This document shows, one piece after another, positions 48,312-58,439 of a DNA stretch of 64,000 nucleotides (positions within the stretch are counted from its first letter, which is position 1; each line of letters begins with the position of its first letter). The position numbers and the translations under genes are program-made. This DNA comes from Candidatus Thorarchaeota archaeon. GTDB taxonomy: Archaea > Asgardarchaeota > Thorarchaeia > Thorarchaeales > Thorarchaeaceae. Where the stretch lies: positions 6,047 to 70,046 of the forward strand of contig DAOVDG010000001.1 in assembly GCA_030669595.1 (NCBI GenBank). The letters are read 5' to 3'. A model generated the notes under the pieces. It made no database searches, was not told where the DNA came from, and saw only the letters and a list, made by a program, of their open reading frames with translations.

Positions 48312-49312
48312 CAGCCGCGGAATGCGATGTATCTAATGAATATCAGAACATAATGAGAAAGTATGAATACAGAAAGAGGGAACAAAATTTGGCTGTTTAT
48401 TTTAAGAAAAAAGAAGTAGTAGTCCCCGGAGAACTACTTGCGGAGGGTCGATATCGCTCCTCCATGGGGACCTATGACGAGGACGGTAAGGTTTACTCGG
48501 CGTTATTGGGTATCGCGGAACTACGTGGAAACACTGTGAAAGTAGTTCCTCTTGAAGGGGTGTACATCCCCAGTGAGGGTGACCTTGTGATAGGCACTAT
48601 TACCAGAGTTGCAGGAAACAACTGGAAGGTCGATATCACCGGGCCTTATGGTGCATCACTTCACGCTAACAATGCGCTAAGACGTCCCTACGACGATGAC
48701 ATATCTCGCTATTTTGACATTGGCGATGTGATTGCAGCAGAAATCACCGCTTTCGACAGAAATAGCGGCCCATTCCTTACACTCAAAGGGAGAGGGTTGG
48801 GGCTGCTCACTGAAGGTATGCTTCTCGATTTGAGCCCCGCAAAGATACCACGAGTAATCGGACGGTCGGGTTCGATGATCAACATGATCAAGGAGAAGCT
48901 TCGAATTGAAGCGGTAGTCGCTCAGAATGGACGGATTTGGGTTCGCGCTCCTGACGCCCCCACTCTAAATCTAGCAATTAAAGCTTTCAAGATGATTGAG
49001 GCGCAGGCGCACACTTCGAAACTGACTGAGAGAATCGGTACGATGCTTGACCAAGAGCTTGCAGACATAAAAGAAAAGGCTCCTAAAACGGTCGAAATCG
49101 AATCCGAAGAAGAGGTAAGAGCTCCCGAGAAGGCGGAGCAGTCGGAAGAATCAGTACCTCTGGTTGAAGAAGAGAGTGCTGTGGAAGAGATAACTGCCCC
49201 GACAGAGGAGCCGGCAGAGCCCAAGGCATCTGACGAGGAACTGGCCCCTGCTGAAGAACCGGAGGTTGCAAAGGATAATGATAACACAACGGAGGAAGTG
49301 ATTGAAGAATGA
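48308..49312 (+). CDS. rrp4: exosome complex RNA-binding subunit Rrp4 (S1 + KH) with long acidic C-terminal tail
   Basis: S1 domain (GDLVIGTITRVAGNNWKVDI) and KH domain (GRSGSMINMIKEK). Glu-rich tail of about 80 aa. Confidence 0.85.
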   Translation: MTAAECDVSNEYQNIMRKYEYRKREQNLAVYFKKKEVVVPGELLAEGRYRSSMGTYDEDGKVYSALLGIAELRGNTVKVVPLEGVYIPSEGDLVIGTITRVAGNNWKVDITGPYGASLHANNALRRPYDDDISRYFDIGDVIAAEITAFDRNSGPFLTLKGRGLGLLTEGMLLDLSPAKIPRVIGRSGSMINMIKEKLRIEAVVAQNGRIWVRAPDAPTLNLAIKAFKMIEAQAHTSKLTERIGTMLDQELADIKEKAPKTVEIESEEEVRAPEKAEQSEESVPLVEEESAVEEITAPTEEPAEPKASDEELAPAEEPEVAKDNDNTTEEVIEE

Positions 49313-50124
49313 GTCCGGAAACAAAGCCAAGCTTTCTTATCAATCCCGAAGGATTAAGAATTGATGGCAGAAGAACTGACGAGATACGACCCATTGAACT
49401 GAAGGTCGGTGTAATTAAACAAGCTGATGGTTCAGCATCTATTCGACAAGGTAAAACCTACATCTTGGCTGCCGTATATGGTCCCAGGGAGCTTCATCCC
49501 CGGCACTTGACCATAAACGACAGGGCATATCTTAGATGCGTATATCGTATGGCTACCTTTTCTGTCCCTGACAGGAAACGGCCAGCACCATCTCGAAGAG
49601 AACGTGAAATATCCATGGTCATCGCCAATGCATTGAAACCCGCTCTCTTCTTGGAAGACTACCCTCGCGCAGTTGTGGATGTCTTCATCCAAGTAATACA
49701 AGCTGATGGTGGTACCAGGTGCGCGGCAATTAACGCAGCTTCCTTGGCCCTTGCTGACGCAGGTATACCAATGAAGACTCTAGTGCCAGCTGTTGCCGTG
49801 GGCAAAGCTGAAGGCAAGCTGTTGGTTGACTTGGGTGATGAGGAGGACAAGTACGGTGGAGGCGATGTACCAATGGCCATGCTCGGCACAACTGGAGAGA
49901 TTACGTTGCTGCAGCAGGATGGATCCTTCGCTAAGGAGGAACTAGTTGAGGCCATGGGGATGGGAGTCACTGCGATGAAGTACATTCTTGAGCTCCAGAA
50001 AGAAGCCCTAAAGCGTGCATACGCCAAGAAAGTGGCGATTGAGGGCGAGGATGTCGACGAATACGAAGATGATTTGGAAACCGATCTTGGTGAAGCCGAG
50101 ATTGCAGGAGAGGAGGATGAATAG
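49309..50124 (+). CDS. rrp41: exosome complex exonuclease Rrp41 (RNase PH)
   Basis: RNase PH domain with an RxDGR-like region (DGRRTDEIRP) and ADGGTR. Acidic tail. Confidence 0.9.
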   Translation: MSPETKPSFLINPEGLRIDGRRTDEIRPIELKVGVIKQADGSASIRQGKTYILAAVYGPRELHPRHLTINDRAYLRCVYRMATFSVPDRKRPAPSRREREISMVIANALKPALFLEDYPRAVVDVFIQVIQADGGTRCAAINAASLALADAGIPMKTLVPAVAVGKAEGKLLVDLGDEEDKYGGGDVPMAMLGTTGEITLLQQDGSFAKEELVEAMGMGVTAMKYILELQKEALKRAYAKKVAIEGEDVDEYEDDLETDLGEAEIAGEEDE

Positions 50125-50126
50125 AT

Positions 50127-50960
50127 ATGGGTGACTATAGTTCTGAGGTCATAAGTAACATTGACCGCGATTATATTGCAGGTTTTCTCGACACTGGCAA
50201 GCGAATAGACGGCAGAGCATTTAACGAGTGCAGAAACACCGAGATTGAGCTCGATGTTGTTGCTGCGAAAGCCGAGGGTTCAGCTCTTGTACGTCTCGGA
50301 GACACAGCCGTGATTGCTGGAGTAAAAGTACTCCTAGGGGAGCCTTACGGAGACTCACCGGACAAAGGGGTTATGATGGTTACTGCAGAGTTGCCACCAC
50401 TTGCCTCGCCGCTGTTCGAGCTTGGACCACCTAAGGAGCCCGCTATCGAGCTCGCCAGAGTGGTCGACAGGGGTGTTCGCGAGAGCGAGATGATCGACAC
50501 CGCAAAACTGTGTATTGAACCTGGAAAGAAGGTGTACATGGTATTTGCTGACGTATATCCCCTGGACTACGACGGCAATCTGATTGATGCATCCTCACTA
50601 GCAGTAGCTGCAGCTTTGCAGACCGCAAAGTTCGACGAGTACAAATGGGAGGATGGAAATGCTGTCCCAACAGGGAAGAAACTGGATCTACCAATCCAGA
50701 ACTCAGCTGTCGAGGTTACTGTTTCGAGGATTGGTCGCCATCTGGTGATTGACCCGTCTCTGAAGGAGGAGATGGTGCAGGACTGTCGACTCACAATAGC
50801 GGTCGACAAGGACGATAAGCTGAGAGCCATGCAAAAGGGTGGCGGTTCAGGTCCACTCACACTTGATGAGATTGAAACCTCTATGACCATGGCGGTTGAT
50901 CGTGCTCAGGATTTGCACAAACTCATCAAGGAAACCATAAAGGCAAGAAAGAAGAAATGA
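50127..50960 (+). CDS. rrp42: exosome complex subunit Rrp42 (inactive RNase PH-like)
   Basis: RNase PH fold without the catalytic motifs. Directly follows rrp41. Confidence 0.9.
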   Translation: MGDYSSEVISNIDRDYIAGFLDTGKRIDGRAFNECRNTEIELDVVAAKAEGSALVRLGDTAVIAGVKVLLGEPYGDSPDKGVMMVTAELPPLASPLFELGPPKEPAIELARVVDRGVRESEMIDTAKLCIEPGKKVYMVFADVYPLDYDGNLIDASSLAVAAALQTAKFDEYKWEDGNAVPTGKKLDLPIQNSAVEVTVSRIGRHLVIDPSLKEEMVQDCRLTIAVDKDDKLRAMQKGGGSGPLTLDEIETSMTMAVDRAQDLHKLIKETIKARKKK

Positions 50961-51108
50961 AACCAGTAAGGGCTCTGCCCTTGCTTCTCTTCTTCATATA
51001 CTGATAGATAGGCTAATAAGCCAAACACATGGGCGAGTGATAGAATCCCGCAACGCTATCCAAAACGCCCCAATATAGGCCGGGAAAGGAATCTAGGAGA
51101 CCAATACA

Positions 51109-51534
51109 TTGGCAAGAACGAAAAAAGTCGGTAGTACAGGACGATATGGCGTTAGGTATGGGGCCAAACTACGGCGCAGAGTTCTTGATATCGATAGGAA
51201 GCGTGCAGAGCCAGTGCGCTGTCCCGCGTGTGCCACTAAAGCTCTCAGGCGGGTGGCCGTTGGACTCTGGAGATGCAGAAAGTGTGAGCTTCTCTTTGCT
51301 GGAGGAGCGTACGTTCCTTTCACAGACGCTGGGAAGGCCGCAAAGCGCGTTATAGCCCAGAGAGTTGCTGGTGACTTCCTTGCTCTCAGAAGTGATGACG
51401 AGGAAGTTATTCCGGAGTTCATGACTCCTCTCTCGAAGGAAATCGAGGAATCCGTGGAAGCTTCTCCAACTGAGGTGGATGAAGAGCTCGAAGCCGAAAC
51501 TCCAGAGGTTTCTCCAGAAGAAGGCAACGAGTAG
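51109..51534 (+). CDS. rpl37ae: 50S ribosomal protein L37Ae with about 50 aa acidic C-terminal extension
   Basis: MARTKKVGSTGRYG N-terminus and zinc ribbon CPACATK...CRKCE. TTG start. Extended acidic tail. Confidence 0.8.
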   Translation: MARTKKVGSTGRYGVRYGAKLRRRVLDIDRKRAEPVRCPACATKALRRVAVGLWRCRKCELLFAGGAYVPFTDAGKAAKRVIAQRVAGDFLALRSDDEEVIPEFMTPLSKEIEESVEASPTEVDEELEAETPEVSPEEGNE

Positions 51535-51548
51535 ACGCGAATCTCATA

Positions 51549-52130
51549 ATGGTTTCCATCACTGAGGGAACCTTGATGCCATCTGTCCTAATCACAACTT
51601 CTCGACGGACTTCTAACAGAGTCCGCTCTTTTGTACGCGATCTCTGGACTGTGCTTCCCGGTACTGAGCGATTCAACCGCGGCGGAATGAGCATAGCCGA
51701 ACTTTCGTCACGAATCAAGCAGTCGAGAGCAAGTGCCGCCATTGTAGTATCGCTTTTCAAGGGGAATCCGAGAAGTCTGCAGATTTTGTCCCCAGATGGA
51801 GGACAGCTAATGGAAGTGCGAATGGAGAGTGCCAAGCTTCGCCGCGAGGTGACCTCCTCACGCAGTCCGAAGATGCGCAATATCCATTCGATAGCCGTCC
51901 AGAGTGGAGCTGGGGAACAGACCAGAGCAATCGCTGAAATGCTGAGCAATCTCCTAGATACGCCCATTGCTGAATCAATGGAACTCGTGGCTGTTGGATT
52001 AAAAGGCATGAACGAGGTTGTAGTGTGGCTTCAGGACTTCCCAACAGGCAAAACTCTTTGGACACATTATCATGCAAAAGATGGTCTTGAGATTGGACCG
52101 AGGATGAGGATCACCTCGGTTACTGTGTAG
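51549..52130 (+). CDS. Brix-domain ribosome biogenesis protein
   Basis: LITTSRRTSNRVRSFVRDL matches the archaeal Brix/Imp4 N-terminal motif. Superoperon position. The table coordinates were kept even though I could not exactly reconcile the start by eye. Confidence 0.75.
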   Translation: MVSITEGTLMPSVLITTSRRTSNRVRSFVRDLWTVLPGTERFNRGGMSIAELSSRIKQSRASAAIVVSLFKGNPRSLQILSPDGGQLMEVRMESAKLRREVTSSRSPKMRNIHSIAVQSGAGEQTRAIAEMLSNLLDTPIAESMELVAVGLKGMNEVVVWLQDFPTGKTLWTHYHAKDGLEIGPRMRITSVTV

Positions 52131-52251
52131 TTCTTCGTCAGCTCATTGCAGAACAGCAAGTGCCATAGCATTTGGAACAAGCGAGCTCGTTTCGAAGTCC
52201 TTTTACGAGGATAGTCACCAAGAACAGCTATTAACGCAGAGTGCGGAAACC

Positions 52252-52539
52252 ATGACCTCAAAGTCAGTTCAGAGTGCAAGTGCAATGCTTTCCATCGATT
52301 TGGAATCGGCCGAATTGGCTGAAATGATACAATCTGCTCTCTTGCCAGAAATCAACGCATCTCCTACAGACAGGTGCGCAGCCAGCATTTCAGTTGAGGG
52401 GGCTATCCTGATCATCGAACTTACAGCAGGAGACCTCACCGCCTTGAGGGCTGCAATGAACTCCTATTTGGCGTGGGTGTCTGGCTGTAAGATGGCTGTG
52501 GAATCCGTGACTGACACACGCCAAAACCGTTCATTGTAA
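52252..52539 (+). CDS. pcc1: KEOPS complex subunit Pcc1
   Basis: LIIELTAGDLTALRAAMNSYLAWV resembles the Pcc1 core (ILDIKATDSSALRGTVNSYLRWI in Pyrococcus). Confidence 0.7.
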   Translation: MTSKSVQSASAMLSIDLESAELAEMIQSALLPEINASPTDRCAASISVEGAILIIELTAGDLTALRAAMNSYLAWVSGCKMAVESVTDTRQNRSL

Positions 52540-52737
52540 GCTGGCCAGAGTTGGACACTCTGTCCGTTTAGAAATGTCACTGGACTTTGATTAAATATGA
52601 ACGCTGTTCTTCGCTGCGTTGTAGCCCTTTGAGATAGTCCAATCTTGTCCGATTCTGTAGCCAAGCCAAAACCCTTAAGTCGTGACTCATCAGGCGCACT
52701 TTGAAATGTCCCGCACTTGAAAGGGAGTTCGACAATT

Positions 52738-53100
52738 ATGGCTCAGACATTACCCCCCGCTTTGGAACAAGACCTGCGAAAATTCGATACAATGCAGCGT
52801 AACTATGAAACGATGGCTGCGAAATTGCAGACATGGCAGATGGAATTGAATCAGGTCAAAGCAACTCTCGAAGAGCTAAACAAACAGCCTGATGATGTTG
52901 TGACCTACAAGAATGTCGGGCAAATCCTGTTCAAGGTTGACAAACCCTCAACAGTCAAGGAGCTTGCAGATCGAGAAGAAGTTCTCGAGAAGACACTGAA
53001 CTCCATGAAGAAGAAAGTAGAATCACTCGCAGCTAGTCTAAAGGAGCTTCAGGAGAAGATACAGCTCGAGCTTAGCAAACATAATCTCAGGCTTCAGTGA
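52738..53100 (+). CDS. pfdB: prefoldin subunit beta
   Basis: Coiled-coil, beta-hairpin, coiled-coil layout of about 120 aa. The start was moved to the ATG at 52738. Confidence 0.8.
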   Translation: MAQTLPPALEQDLRKFDTMQRNYETMAAKLQTWQMELNQVKATLEELNKQPDDVVTYKNVGQILFKVDKPSTVKELADREEVLEKTLNSMKKKVESLAASLKELQEKIQLELSKHNLRLQ

Positions 53101-53405
53101 GAAACATGAATCCAGTAATCGAGATTGGATTGCCAGAGTTATCGGAATTTGACCTTGAGCAGTTGACCGAAGAGTGTGAAGCGGCCATCACGCAGCACAT
53201 CTTCGATAAGATACCAAAAAAGAGCATCTCAGAGCTTACCGTGACCTGCATACTCGATTTTGATGAAACTCTCGAGTTCGAAGTACAACTGGACTTGGCG
53301 CAGGAATACGACACCGGTCACTCACTCGACGATATACTGGAGGGGACAAACAGATTCGGAACAGAGTGGCTTGAGAAACGGCTAGCGGAGATGAAGACCA
53401 ATTGA
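53097..53405 (+). CDS. conserved archaeal hypothetical protein (superoperon neighbour of prefoldin beta)
   Basis: Small acidic ORF, translationally coupled on both sides. Confidence 0.45.
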   Translation: MRNMNPVIEIGLPELSEFDLEQLTEECEAAITQHIFDKIPKKSISELTVTCILDFDETLEFEVQLDLAQEYDTGHSLDDILEGTNRFGTEWLEKRLAEMKTN

Positions 53406-54409
53406 ATCTCATTTCCCTATTGAAGTCATCTTTTCACCCCGTGATTCTAGGGCATCATAATGCAGATCCTGATGCAGTTTGCTCAATGATTGCAGTCGCG
53501 GATATTTGCAGGAAAATCAATCCCAAGAGTATGCCCAAGCTTGCGTGCGATGATGTGAGCAGGCTCTCAATGCAAGTACTCGATAGATTTGCGCCTACTG
53601 CCGAGATTCTCGGAACAGTTGAAGATAATTACGACTTGGTAATCCTTGTAGATACGAATAGTCAGCTACAACTTGGTCCTAATCTCAAGGGTGTCGTTGT
53701 CAATCCTGAACGGACCTTGGTGATTGACCATCATGAACCTAATCCAGAGCTTGACAGCATTGCGAAGCACGCAGTTGTACGGAGCGATAGATACTCTGCT
53801 TGCGAGATTATTGCGGGTCTATATGATGAGGTCGAATTGGATATTGGAGCGGATATCGCAAATCTACTCCTCACTGGGATGTTGTTTGACACGCGCAGAT
53901 TCCTCTATGCAGACATAGATACTCTCGTTGCTGCAACCAGATTAGTGCGTAATGGAGCTGACTATCAAGCGTGCATGAGTTCGCTGGCCATCAAACCTAG
54001 TAGGTCGGAACGGATAGCGAGGCTCAAGGCTGCTGGTCGATTACAGGTCCACAATATTAACAACTGGATCATCGTTACGTCCAGAATCAAGGCCTTTGAG
54101 GCTAGTGCATGCCGTGGACTGATTGGGATGGGCGCCGATGTCGCTATCGTTAGTGGGAGTCCATCCAATGGAGAAGTACGTCTGAGCTCTAGGAGCACCA
54201 CGGAGTTCTATGAGCAGACCGGCGTGAATCTGGGAAGTGACGTGATGGAGCCGCTTGGGGAATTAATTGAGGGAAAGGGAGGCGGGCATCCCAACGCGGC
54301 TGGGGCAAATGGCAAAATACTCGGAAACAAGGCCGCCTTAAGAGCAGTACAACTCATTAGGGATGCAATCAAGAGAGAGCCATCACCTGAGAGTGATGAG
54401 TCATCCTAA
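53402..54409 (+). CDS. DHH-DHHA1 family phosphoesterase (NrnA-like nanoRNase/pAp phosphatase)
   Basis: DHH motifs (GHHNADPDAV, DHHEPN) and DHHA1 GGGHPNAAGA. Confidence 0.75.
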   Translation: MNLISLLKSSFHPVILGHHNADPDAVCSMIAVADICRKINPKSMPKLACDDVSRLSMQVLDRFAPTAEILGTVEDNYDLVILVDTNSQLQLGPNLKGVVVNPERTLVIDHHEPNPELDSIAKHAVVRSDRYSACEIIAGLYDEVELDIGADIANLLLTGMLFDTRRFLYADIDTLVAATRLVRNGADYQACMSSLAIKPSRSERIARLKAAGRLQVHNINNWIIVTSRIKAFEASACRGLIGMGADVAIVSGSPSNGEVRLSSRSTTEFYEQTGVNLGSDVMEPLGELIEGKGGGHPNAAGANGKILGNKAALRAVQLIRDAIKREPSPESDESS

Positions 54410-54423
54410 GAGGGAGAGAATCC

Positions 54424-55266
54424 ATGGCGCTGATAGAGTTCGCCGACTTCAGCTTCAAGTACCTAGGAGCGGACTCCCTCGCCTTGAAAAGAATCAAACT
54501 CACGATTGATGAGGGCGAATACGTTGTCATCACGGGGCCTTCTGGGTGTGGAAAGACTACTTTCTGCAGAGCGATAAACGCGCTTGTTCCTCAGTTCCAT
54601 CGCGGATATGTTGCTGGCAATGTCTACACGGACGGAAAGAACACCCGTGAGAATGAAGTGGCGACATTCGCATCCGTTGCAGGCTTGGTGTTTCAGAACC
54701 CAGAGAATCAGCTTGTAACTCTCGATGTGGAAAAAGAGATTGCATTCGGTCCTGAGAACCTTGGTGTAGCACCTGATGAAATAAGGCGCAGAGTAGAGGA
54801 GCTGATAGATCTGCTCGACCTTGAAGAACTGCGAGAAAAACACCCTCACGAGATGTCTGGTGGTGAACAGCAGCGAGTCGCTATCGCAGCAACGCTCGCC
54901 CTAAGGCCAAAAGTTCTCGTGGCTGATGAACCCACCTCAAATCTTGATCCCACGAGTGCAGAGGTAATCCTTGAGATAATCGCACATCTCAACAAGAGAG
55001 GCATGGCTGTCGTTCTTGTGGAGCATCGGCTTGACTTGGTGGCAAAAGATGCATCGCGTATCATCTTGATGAACAAGGGGCGTATCGTTGCCGATGGAAA
55101 TCCGAGGGAAATCCTTGCCATGGACCTTTGTGAGGAGATTGGCGTTGGCGTGCCCAAAGCGACTCAGGTGTACAAACGATTGAAAACAAGGGGTGTTGAA
55201 CTCAGAAACGTGCCTCTGACGGGGGTGGAATTGGCAGAGCTTGTCCAGGAGGCGACATCAAGGTGA
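54424..55266 (+). CDS. ecfA1: ECF transporter ATPase component A
   Basis: Walker A GPSGCGKTT, signature MSGGEQQRVA, Walker B LVADEPTSNLD. Confidence 0.85.
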   Translation: MALIEFADFSFKYLGADSLALKRIKLTIDEGEYVVITGPSGCGKTTFCRAINALVPQFHRGYVAGNVYTDGKNTRENEVATFASVAGLVFQNPENQLVTLDVEKEIAFGPENLGVAPDEIRRRVEELIDLLDLEELREKHPHEMSGGEQQRVAIAATLALRPKVLVADEPTSNLDPTSAEVILEIIAHLNKRGMAVVLVEHRLDLVAKDASRIILMNKGRIVADGNPREILAMDLCEEIGVGVPKATQVYKRLKTRGVELRNVPLTGVELAELVQEATSR

Positions 55267-56087
55267 TCATCCTAGAAGATGTACATTATTCCTACGATGG
55301 CGTCTACACAGCCCTCCGGGGTATCTCTCTGCAGGTTGACGATGGTGAGCGTCTTGCAGTTATCGGCGCCAACGGTGCAGGCAAGACCACAATGATCAAA
55401 CATATGAACGGCCTTCTCCGTCCACAGAATGGACGGGTCATTCTTGACGGGCAAGATACCAAGTTCATGTCAGTGGCTGAAATCGCCAGAAAAGTGGGAT
55501 TGGTCTTCCAGAACCCTGACCATCAATTATTCCTAGATTCGGTGAAGGAGGAAGTGGAGTTCGGGCTCAGAAACCTTGGTTTTACCGAGAGTGAAGCCGA
55601 GCAGCGATGTCAAGGAACTCTGGCAAGTCTGGGTTTGGGAGGCTTCGCAGAGAGGTCTCCCTTTACATTGTCTGGCGGTGAGAGGAAACGTGTTGCGCTC
55701 GCATCGGTCCTGTCAACAGAGCCACGATTTCTGGCGCTGGATGAGCCAACAATCGGACAGGATGCGCATCAAAAGAATCGGCTTGCCCAAATGCTCGCGG
55801 AGATGAATAAGCGTGGGCGAACGGTTGTTGTTGTGACACACGACATCGAGTTTGTTATCGAAAACTTTCCTCGCACAGTTGCCATGGCGGAAGGTCAAAT
55901 TATCGCGGACGGGTCTACAAGCATGGTGTTGAGCAATGATGAGGTCATTGAAAGATGTGCGCTCGCACCCCCGCAGATGACATTGGCAGCCAGAGCGCTG
56001 CGAAACGTTTTCCCAGAGGTTGGCCAACGATTGACATTATTGTCCGAGCTAGAGGAAACCATCATGGGGATACTTGGGGGTGCATAG
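55263..56087 (+). CDS. ecfA2: ECF transporter ATPase component A'
   Basis: Walker A GANGAGKTT, signature LSGGERKRVA, Walker B LALDEPTIGQD. Confidence 0.85.
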   Translation: MIILEDVHYSYDGVYTALRGISLQVDDGERLAVIGANGAGKTTMIKHMNGLLRPQNGRVILDGQDTKFMSVAEIARKVGLVFQNPDHQLFLDSVKEEVEFGLRNLGFTESEAEQRCQGTLASLGLGGFAERSPFTLSGGERKRVALASVLSTEPRFLALDEPTIGQDAHQKNRLAQMLAEMNKRGRTVVVVTHDIEFVIENFPRTVAMAEGQIIADGSTSMVLSNDEVIERCALAPPQMTLAARALRNVFPEVGQRLTLLSELEETIMGILGGA

Positions 56088-56858
56088 ATGTCGTTCCTTG
56101 AAGTTTTCCAGTACACAAGACAGGACTCAATTATGCATCGCTTGGATCCACGATCAAAGCTTGTTTTGTCTATAGTGTGTGCAGCAGTGTCCATGATGTT
56201 CATGGAAATCATCCCGCTTCTTATGGTTTTCATCTGCCTTCTTCCGATGATTGCTGCAGCAAAATCTCTTGGCAGATGGGCAAAGAGCATGAAGGGGCTG
56301 GGTGCTCTTCTTGTATTCGTGCTAGTGTTCAACACGCTGCTCTCACCTGCAGAGAACCCACTTTCCTATTCTCTCTCGTTGGCAATCCGATTGGTGGCTT
56401 TGATGACATCATTCTCGTTGTTCTTCCTCACGGTCCAACCTGACCAGTTGTCGCAGGCATTGATACAGATGCGTGTGAAGTTCGAGTTTGCCTTCGCAAT
56501 GAGCATGGCAATGAGATACGTGCCAACTCTGGGTCAAGAGGCCTATGCTATCATGGATGCCCAGAGGGCTCGGGGAGTTGAGCTTGATAAGGGGAATCTT
56601 ATCAAACGCATCAGGAATATCATACCCATCATTGTGCCACTAATAATCGTGTCAATCAGGCGTGCTCTCTCGATTGCTGAAAGCATGGAATCAAGGGGCT
56701 TCGGTGCCAGCGAGAACCGAACCTATATGGAGATGCTGCGCTTCGGGAAAAGGGACTGGGCAGTGGCACTATCTTCCCTCTTGATACTGATCTTGGTCAT
56801 TTATGTCAGGTTCTTTGTTGGCTTGCCGGGATGGATGCTGTGGGGTTTGCCATTCTAG
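56088..56858 (+). CDS. ecfT: ECF transporter transmembrane T component (CbiQ/EcfT)
   Basis: Five to six TM helices. A coupling-helix region with an ARGVEL-type motif (AQRARGVELD). Confidence 0.8.
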   Translation: MSFLEVFQYTRQDSIMHRLDPRSKLVLSIVCAAVSMMFMEIIPLLMVFICLLPMIAAAKSLGRWAKSMKGLGALLVFVLVFNTLLSPAENPLSYSLSLAIRLVALMTSFSLFFLTVQPDQLSQALIQMRVKFEFAFAMSMAMRYVPTLGQEAYAIMDAQRARGVELDKGNLIKRIRNIIPIIVPLIIVSIRRALSIAESMESRGFGASENRTYMEMLRFGKRDWAVALSSLLILILVIYVRFFVGLPGWMLWGLPF

Positions 56859-56950
56859 GCTCATAGTATGCTGCTATACTGGGTATGGGTTTATCTTCAG
56901 ATGGTTTTTATGAATGCAAACCTATTGGAGAGAACGGTGGGTGAAGCGAA

Positions 56951-57538
56951 ATGCCGGGTAAAAACTCTATTCAGCTCCCAACACGGCGCAAAAAGTACAC
57001 GGTGAAAAGCCTGATGAGCGATCTGAAGAAGATCGGGGCAACACCAAGCGTGACGGACTTCATTGGTTCACGCTGCATCTACTTCGAATGGACTCTTTGT
57101 GAGCGCGATCTCGGAGAAGATCACCCTATTACAAGCCATTTGGCAGAGCTTCTTGATTTCATGCAACATGGATATGAAAAACAGATGGTGAACGGCGAGT
57201 TTTGGAGGACCAAGGATACTCCGGCGGCCGCAATCAACGCCGCTCTTCGCGGACGACCCACAGAGTTTCTCACTCATGTCCTAGATAGGCCAGCTGACTA
57301 TATCTACAGTCTCTTGGAGCAGGCCATAGCTTCCCGCAAGAACGAACTTGACGAATATGCGAAAATCGAATCTGGAATCCGAACAGAGCTTGAGGCCGAC
57401 CCCGACAACCCTCACCTGTGGAATAAGCTTCGTTTGCTCCTATGGCTTCTGGGTCAGTACAAGGAATCAAGTGAGGCCTTTCAGAAGGGAAAACGATTGG
57501 GTTGGCATGCTAGTAGCGCGGAGTTCGTTGCTCTCTAG
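56951..57538 (+). CDS. hypothetical protein
   Basis: ORF only, possibly a helical repeat protein. Confidence 0.35.
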   Translation: MPGKNSIQLPTRRKKYTVKSLMSDLKKIGATPSVTDFIGSRCIYFEWTLCERDLGEDHPITSHLAELLDFMQHGYEKQMVNGEFWRTKDTPAAAINAALRGRPTEFLTHVLDRPADYIYSLLEQAIASRKNELDEYAKIESGIRTELEADPDNPHLWNKLRLLLWLLGQYKESSEAFQKGKRLGWHASSAEFVAL

Positions 57539-57763
57539 GATAAAATAGCCATCTTCTACAGCAAAAGGGTGAAATCGCGTATTTCAGAATATGTTGGTTG
57601 CAACCCATCACGGACTCTATCTTGGTCTGAAAGGCCACAAACTCATCGAGCTGATTCAAGGCATGAATTCAAGTTGATCAATCTACCGAGTTTTTGTTTT
57701 TCATTCCCCAACTCCTTTATGGGGCGGCATGCTATGAGTAGTTAGCCAGAAGGATGTGATTCT

Positions 57764-58439
57764 GTGAAGGTTGACGTTTCCAAAGCAATGGCAATCAAGC
57801 TGTCTTCCGACCTTCCCCCTGACCCAGTCTTTGACCCTCAGTACCGAAGGGTATGCAACAGCTGCCAATAACTTGTACAATCTTGGGTATTTTGTAGGTG
57901 GTTATAACATACTGCTTGGAATTGAGTGGTGTGGACGTTCAATGCTGATTGCTAGAGCGTGCACGTAACTTGGTCGCCGCCAGTTGGACGGAGACAGAAA
58001 ACGCTTGTGGAGAGGACGTGAGACTAGTCGCAGATTCAGTAGGATCTGCAGAGCAGACCTCAATGAATCAGGAACCGAACATCAGTCAAGGACATTGATG
58101 TCCAGGACTGTACAAGTTTCGGGCAACGGCTCCGAATCGAGGTCTAGATTTGACTGAAGGGAAAATAGTTGTGGCTCTGAAGAATGCGCTCCGGTATATC
58201 CCTGAGAGTCTGCATAAAACGTTAGCCCCAGAGTTCCTGAATGAACTGATAACTTGAGGAAGGATCTATGGATATCGCTACCGACCTCCAGGAACAATCA
58301 AGGCGAAGCCGGTTGATGAATACAAGGAAAACACCATCGACATCGTGGACCCATCAGAAGCCGAACGCTATGTTGATTTGATACTAGAACACTTGCGATT
58401 GAACTTCAACGCAGAGAGTAAGCTCGATGAGGGAGACTA
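57764..58439 (+). pseudogene. hutU: decayed duplicate of the hutU N-terminal (urocanase N-domain) region
   Basis: The frame starting at GTG 57764 reads VKVDVSKAMAIKLSSDLPPDPVF..., compared with MIDVSKAMRVKLSSKLPPNPVF in hutU at 60970. A second homologous block at 58171..58330 reads ALKNALRYIPESLHKTLAPEFLNELIT*GRIYGYRYRPPGTIKAKPVDEY with an in-frame stop. A divergent insert of about 300 nt separates the two blocks. Confidence 0.55.
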
